From the NCBI GenBank assembly GCA_024403355.1, contig JAKSRW010000014.1, positions 1 to 32,000 on the forward strand: a DNA stretch of 32,000 nucleotides, read 5' to 3'. Position 1 is the first letter of the stretch; every line of letters begins with the position of its first letter. This DNA is from Lachnospiraceae bacterium. GTDB lineage: Bacteria > Bacillota > Clostridia > Lachnospirales > Lachnospiraceae. The translations under genes and the position numbers were made by a program. The notes under the pieces were generated by a model. The model made no database searches. It saw only the letters and a list, made by a program, of their open reading frames with translations, and had not been told where the DNA came from. This document shows positions 26,300 to 32,000 of the stretch, piece after piece.

Positions 26300-26816
26300 C
26301 CCGGCCAAAATCTGTTACAGTGGGCGTCGCCGGGATGTGTTTTTACTTTTTATTTCCGGCTGCCCGCTGCAGTGTTCAATTTCCGACTGTAATGATATTT
26401 CCTTCGAGAACCGGTCTCGCCTTTTCATTTTCTAACTGCCGCAGCCTCGCGTATCTATGCTCTACGCCGCCAGTCGGACATCCCTGTCCTCCCGTGCGGC
26501 GCGCCGTCCGTCCATGGACGGCGTGACGAGCATAGGTCTTTATTGCAAGACTGCGGCAGCAAGAAAATGTAGCAAGGCTCGAAGGCTCTCGAAGAAAACA
26601 CACATTACAGTCCGGAAAGGAACGCAGCCGGGCGTAAGTAAATAAGCAGAAGCTCACATCCCGGTTTTGTCGATGAGAACAGATTTTGGCTCCTAGCCAC
26701 ACCCAAACCGTGTTAGCTATTTGGGGGATTTACTTGAAGCGTGTGATATGTGGCTGTTAGTAAACCGCAGGTCGAAAAGAAATCTGACGGGAACATTGCA
26801 GCGGGCAGCCGGAAAC
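26300..26816. ncRNA. Candidate large structured non-coding element (unclassified; the alternative is a MITE-like element)
   Basis: There is no protein-like ORF and the core is GC-rich. Nested long-range helices include a 25-bp closing helix (26353-26377/26791-26815), and crossing 13-bp and 10-bp pairings are also present. See the findings for all coordinates. The strand is unresolved. Confidence 0.45.
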
Positions 26817-26858
26817 TAAAAAAGTCGCATCATGGTGAAGCACGATGCGACTGATTTT
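26817..26858. terminator. Bidirectional intrinsic terminator (ends the minus-strand LRR gene; would also end a plus-strand RNA)
   Basis: Stem agtcgcatc/gatgcgact (26823-26831/26844-26852) flanked by an A6 tract on the left and TGATTTT on the right. Confidence 0.75.
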
Positions 26859-26875
26859 GGACTGGGGTGTCCTAA

Positions 26876-28897
26876 TTATTTAACTTTTACAGCTATCTTG
26901 AAGGTCTTTGTAGTCTTCTTCTTGCCGTTGGTGATAGTAGCCTTAACATTTACTGTACAGGTGCCCTTCTTTACACCGGTAATCTTGCCGGTAGTAGAGC
27001 TAACCTTTGCTATTTCCTTGTTGGAAGAGCTGTACTTGAGCACAACCTCAGTATTACTGTTTCCGAGCTTCTTAACAGATGTAAGACCGAAAGGAAGAAT
27101 AATATTGGGCTGAGCCTTCTTCTTAGCAGAAACGGTAACTACATCCTGAACATAAATCTGATTAAGGATTTCATCGTTTGAATCGATTAACTCATAATTC
27201 TGACGGTAGTATGCGTAATCAGGATCGAATTCGGGATCAAACCACTGGGGTAATGTGACATTATTGTAGATGTCAATAATCTCTGCCATGGGTGAATCAG
27301 CATATACACGCATGATATCGATGTTATAGTAGCCAAGTGTTACGAAGTTCTTGGGGAATGTAACTGTAAGTAACATCTCCTTTTCTTCTCCGTCGTAATA
27401 GTTGTTTGCAAGTGCGTAATCAGCTGCTGAAAGGCAATCCTTGTGAATCTTTACATTGCTCAGCTTCTTGGGAGCTACATAAAGATATGAATAATCCTTT
27501 GTATATAAGCAGTTGTTATAAGAAGCGAAGAAGCTGTTATCAGGTGATACTACGATTTTCTCAAGATTATCAGAAGTACGTAAATAGATGTTATCTGTAT
27601 AGGTTAATGATGCGGGTAAGGTAATCTTCTTTGCCGCACTACCGGATAAGTAGCTGCACATATATGTTACGCCCTCGGGAACGTTGATTTCCTTAAGCTT
27701 TGTATCTGTGAAAGCAAATGATTCAATGCCTACAATATTGGGATCAAACTTGATAGATGTCTTGTTCTTGGGAACATAGTAGAGGATTGACTTGTACATA
27801 GGGCTGTTGTTGTCGTAAGAGTAGTCTAAATATGTACCGTAAAGACAATCATCGTAGATACTGAAGGTGGGGTTCTTGTCGCTTACCTTAACAGAACCTG
27901 TATAGCCACAGAAAGCCTCAGGACTGATGAATGCTACATTCTCAGGGATTGTGATGCTCTTAATGGAAGACTCGTCAAATGCATATGCACTGATGGTAAC
28001 GAGGTTCTTGGGAAGGTTTACGTTCTTAAGTGAATACATACCTGCGAAGCTGGCTTCGCCAATCTTCTCAACGCTGTCGGGAAGGTTGATTGTTGTAACA
28101 TAGCAGCTGCCTGAAATACCAAGGTAGCTTGTCTCTATAGTACCGGGTCTTACATTGATAACCTTCTTGCTGGGATCAAGAGAGAAGAGGATATCTCCGT
28201 CGTAGATACAGTCATTTTCGATATCGAAACGGTCTGAATCATCAGTAAGTGCTGAATAAGCTACATCTCTGATTGAGAAGTATGCAAGATTCTTGGGAAG
28301 ATTGATTTTCTTTGCAGCGGGAAGGTCGTAGAGATAAAGATACTCTGTTTTTGCACCTACGTTTACTGTTTCAATCTTATCGCAGTAAGAAATCTCTACT
28401 GTTTCGCCTCTGTTGGGAAGGTCGACTGACTTAATCTGAGGACATGAACTAACCGTAATATTTGAGCATTCGGTTACTCCGTTCTTCTCAAAGGTTACGT
28501 TCTTGAGTGATGACAGTGCATAAAGAGAAACTGACTGTGCATTCTTGGGAATTGTTAAGCTTTCGATTCCTTCATCATAGTTCATATAAATGTAGTCTGC
28601 AGATGCAGGAATCTTAACGCTCTTAAGGCTGGGGCAGTTGTAAATGTAGACACTGTTGTAGCCTTCTGCGATTGAAAGCTCTTCGATGGTTGAGTTCTCT
28701 GAGATATAGAGAGAAGCAGCATCGGTCATGGCAGGAATATTAACCTTTTTGTCTGAACCGACATAGTACACGGTACCCCATGAAACTTCAAAATCACTTG
28801 CTGCTGCATTAGCCTCTACACCGGGCATTGCAAACATCTGGATTGCAATGGCAAGGAAAGCAATGAAGGCAACAAATTTCTTCATAGATCTTTTCAT
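26876..28897 (-). CDS. BspA-type leucine-rich-repeat surface protein with a C-terminal Big_2-like domain
   Basis: RBS aaaggagaaa. Signal peptide MKKFVAFIAFLAIAIQMFAMPGVEANA. Many LRR units of about 22 aa (IPxxVxxIxxxAFxxCxxLxxV). The C-terminus SSSNKEIAKVSSTTGKITGVKKGTCTVNVKA is Big_2-like. Confidence 0.8.
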   Translation of the reverse strand: MKRSMKKFVAFIAFLAIAIQMFAMPGVEANAAASDFEVSWGTVYYVGSDKKVNIPAMTDAASLYISENSTIEELSIAEGYNSVYIYNCPSLKSVKIPASADYIYMNYDEGIESLTIPKNAQSVSLYALSSLKNVTFEKNGVTECSNITVSSCPQIKSVDLPNRGETVEISYCDKIETVNVGAKTEYLYLYDLPAAKKINLPKNLAYFSIRDVAYSALTDDSDRFDIENDCIYDGDILFSLDPSKKVINVRPGTIETSYLGISGSCYVTTINLPDSVEKIGEASFAGMYSLKNVNLPKNLVTISAYAFDESSIKSITIPENVAFISPEAFCGYTGSVKVSDKNPTFSIYDDCLYGTYLDYSYDNNSPMYKSILYYVPKNKTSIKFDPNIVGIESFAFTDTKLKEINVPEGVTYMCSYLSGSAAKKITLPASLTYTDNIYLRTSDNLEKIVVSPDNSFFASYNNCLYTKDYSYLYVAPKKLSNVKIHKDCLSAADYALANNYYDGEEKEMLLTVTFPKNFVTLGYYNIDIMRVYADSPMAEIIDIYNNVTLPQWFDPEFDPDYAYYRQNYELIDSNDEILNQIYVQDVVTVSAKKKAQPNIILPFGLTSVKKLGNSNTEVVLKYSSSNKEIAKVSSTTGKITGVKKGTCTVNVKATITNGKKKTTKTFKIAVKVK

Positions 28898-29020
28898 TTT
28901 TTTCTCCTTTCAAGAAATGAAAAATAATATACAAAAAAAAGTATAGCAGATACTGCAAAATAATAAATACCTAAAAGTATTAAATAAATATAGTTTTTGG
29001 CAGATATTAATTAAATCAGA

Positions 29021-29062
29021 TAAAAACAGCGTGTGAAAAATGATTTCTCAGTCTTCACACGC
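29021..29062 (-). terminator. Intrinsic terminator after atp operon 2
   Basis: On the minus strand: gcgtgtgaa...ttcacacgc followed by tgttttta. Confidence 0.7.
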
Positions 29063-29075
29063 CAAATCATTGTTA

Positions 29076-29477
29076 TCAGTCTTTTACACTCAGACGAACA
29101 AGGGCACGGTTAAGCTTTGCAGTTGCAATACGGAATTCTTTTTCATCAATATTGGCCTGTGCAAGACGTGCTTCTGCTCTTTCTTTTGCGGAAAGTGCAC
29201 GCTCCTTGTCAATGTCTTCCTTCCACTCCCATGTAGTAGCAAGAAGATGGCAGGTACCATCCATAACGCTCAGCATACCGCCGATGCAGGCTGCTGTACG
29301 TCTGGTTCCGTCCTCCAGCTGAATATATGCCTCGCCCATACCGAGAGCGGTGCAATAATTACAATGACCTGCAAGAATTGCGAGGTCGCCGGTGACGGTC
29401 CTGCATTTGATTCTCTCTACATTACCTGAGAAGAGCAGACCATCCGGTGTTGCTATTTGTAACGGAAAAACGTTCAT
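29076..29477 (-). CDS. atpC: F-type ATP synthase epsilon subunit (operon 2)
   Basis: RBS aaaggag. The PLQIATPDGLLFSG...GDLAILAGH pattern is canonical. Confidence 0.9.
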   Translation of the reverse strand: MNVFPLQIATPDGLLFSGNVERIKCRTVTGDLAILAGHCNYCTALGMGEAYIQLEDGTRRTAACIGGMLSVMDGTCHLLATTWEWKEDIDKERALSAKERAEARLAQANIDEKEFRIATAKLNRALVRLSVKD

Positions 29478-29497
29478 GGATTTCTCCTTTATAATAA

Positions 29498-30910
<1,413 letters not shown>

Positions 30911-30913
30911 TTA

Positions 30914-31771
30914 TCATACACCTTCGGCACCTCCGACAATTTCCGTAATTTCCTGCGTGATGCTTGCCTGACGGGCTCTGTTGTAATTGAGGTTCAGCTT
31001 TTCAATCATTTCCTCTGCGTTGCTTGTGGCAGCGTCCATGGCCGTTCTGCGGGCCGCCTGTTCGCTGGCTACCGAATCACAGATGGCACCGTAGATGACA
31101 CCTGCAAGGTATTCGGGAACGATGGTATTGAATACATCGTTGCTGTTCGGCTCGTAGAGGATAAGATTTCTTACTGAGTCAATATTTTCGCCGTCTGTAT
31201 CAAGATCTGTCAGTGGCAGAACGGATACGGCGTGGGGCTGTTGGGAAAGAATGTTGATGAACTCTGTATATACAAGTTTTACACAGCCAAAGGCCTTATT
31301 TCTGAATTCCTCGCAGATAAAGCTTGAAATCGCGAAGCTGTCGGCAACGCAGATTGAAGCAATCTCTCCGAATTCTTCAGTCAGAATTTCTCTGTTGTGG
31401 TGACGGAAATATTCCACTGCTTTTTTACCGATGGGAAGAACCGAGTAGTCCTTGCCCGCGGAATCGGCTTCCATACACTTGAAAAGATTGCCGTTATAGC
31501 CGCCCGCAAGACCACGGTCGCCGGCGATTACAACATAGCAGATCTTCTCATTTTTGCTTTCCTTCGCATAAATGGAAGAGAAGTCTGTATTTCCGTGTGA
31601 AATATTCTGTAAGGTTTTGTATAATTCATCAAAGTAGGGACGACATTTTTCCGAACGTTCCTTTGCTCTTCGCAGTTTGGAGGATGCTACAAGTTCCATT
31701 GCCTTGGTAATCTGCATAGTGCTCTGAACACTTTTAATACGCAGCTTTACCGCTTTCATATTTCCAGCCAT
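30914..31771 (-). CDS. atpG: F-type ATP synthase gamma subunit (operon 2)
   Basis: RBS aaaggagg. N-terminus LRIKSVQSTMQITKAMELVASSKLRRA. C-terminus YNRARQASITQEITEIVGGAE. Confidence 0.9.
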   Translation of the reverse strand: MAGNMKAVKLRIKSVQSTMQITKAMELVASSKLRRAKERSEKCRPYFDELYKTLQNISHGNTDFSSIYAKESKNEKICYVVIAGDRGLAGGYNGNLFKCMEADSAGKDYSVLPIGKKAVEYFRHHNREILTEEFGEIASICVADSFAISSFICEEFRNKAFGCVKLVYTEFINILSQQPHAVSVLPLTDLDTDGENIDSVRNLILYEPNSNDVFNTIVPEYLAGVIYGAICDSVASEQAARRTAMDAATSNAEEMIEKLNLNYNRARQASITQEITEIVGGAEGV

Positions 31772-31788
31772 GGAATTCCTCCTTTACG

Positions 31789-32000
31789 TTAGTTTGCGGA
31801 TTTGATGCTTAAAAACTGTTTTGTGTAAGCTTCAAGAGCCGACTTGATCTTTTCTTCTGTATCGGACTCAAGCTTTCCTGTAGAACGGATTGCTTCCATA
31901 GCAGCAGCGCCGTCTGCGTTGTCATCAAGGAAGGTATAAAGACCGTCCTCGTAGTCACGGATGTCGCTAACCTCTACGTCAACAAGCATATTCTTTGTTA
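31789..32000 (-). CDS. atpA: F-type ATP synthase alpha subunit, C-terminal fragment (gene continues beyond the window)
   Basis: C-terminal helical domain pattern (VSDIRDYEDGLYTFL...KIKSALEAYTKQF) directly upstream of gamma. The Met given in the ORF track is internal. Confidence 0.8.
   Translation of the reverse strand, partial: TKNMLVDVEVSDIRDYEDGLYTFLDDNADGAAAMEAIRSTGKLESDTEEKIKSALEAYTKQFLSIKSAN

Noticed and set aside
26603-26635. GTCCGGAAAGGAACGCAGCC, resembling the SRP RNA helix-8 motif GGUCCGGAAGGAAGCAGCC
   Set aside because: It has two extra nucleotides relative to the conserved motif and lacks the GGUCAGG 5' side. The segment instead pairs over 14 bp with 26381-26394. The whole element is also about twice the length of Bacillus-type SRP RNA.
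26376-26702. 108-aa minus-strand ORF and the 60-70-aa plus-strand ORFs inside the structured region
   Set aside because: The translations are Cys/Arg/Thr-rich with no RBS and no protein-like periodicity. They are most likely chance frames in GC-rich non-coding DNA.
26300-26816. RNase P RNA, tmRNA or a group II intron as the identity of the structured region
   Set aside because: On either strand there is no GAGGAAAGUCC / ACAGAA..GGCUUA P4 signature. There is no tRNA-like 3' end and no tag-peptide reading frame. No domain V-like hairpin was seen.

Overview
The window looks like a chromosomal segment from a Gram-positive anaerobe, probably Clostridia. That guess is an inference from the T-box leader, the BspA-type LRR surface proteins and the tsaC-rpiB/atp neighbourhood.

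Content from left to right:
- An AT-rich block (1-4850) encodes two large secreted or surface proteins. One of them is an LRR + class-3-lipase fusion.
- An Rpn/PD-(D/E)XK putative transposase gene is bracketed by a perfect 15-bp inverted repeat.
- A sodium:solute (NSS/SNF) symporter gene lies on the minus strand.
- An 875-aa secreted protein carries the same jelly-roll domain at both ends.
- A complete but atypical F-type ATP synthase operon (a, c, b, delta-CTD::alpha fusion, gamma, beta, epsilon) spans 10597-17311.
- A Met T-box leader precedes metG.
- A small secreted PPC/FN3 protein gene is followed by tsaC (Sua5/YwlC type) and rpiB.
- A TIR-TM-WD40-like protein gene is tightly coupled to a Nudix hydrolase gene.
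- A DUF402 gene lies on the minus strand.
- A roughly 520-nt highly structured non-coding region spans 26300-26816.
- A BspA-type LRR/Big_2 surface protein gene lies on the minus strand.
- The 3' part of a second, canonical-looking F1 operon (alpha partial, gamma, beta, epsilon) lies on the minus strand.

Most interesting candidates:
- The large ornate non-coding element at 26.3-26.8 kb.
- The receptor-like TIR protein with its Nudix partner.
- The divergent ATPase operon, which lacks a free delta subunit and has a truncated delta fused to alpha and a c subunit with a signal-peptide-like presequence.
- A modular intergenic repeat family with compensatory stem changes.

No rRNA, canonical tRNA or CRISPR array was seen. 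All homology statements come from motif recognition by eye, not from database searches.
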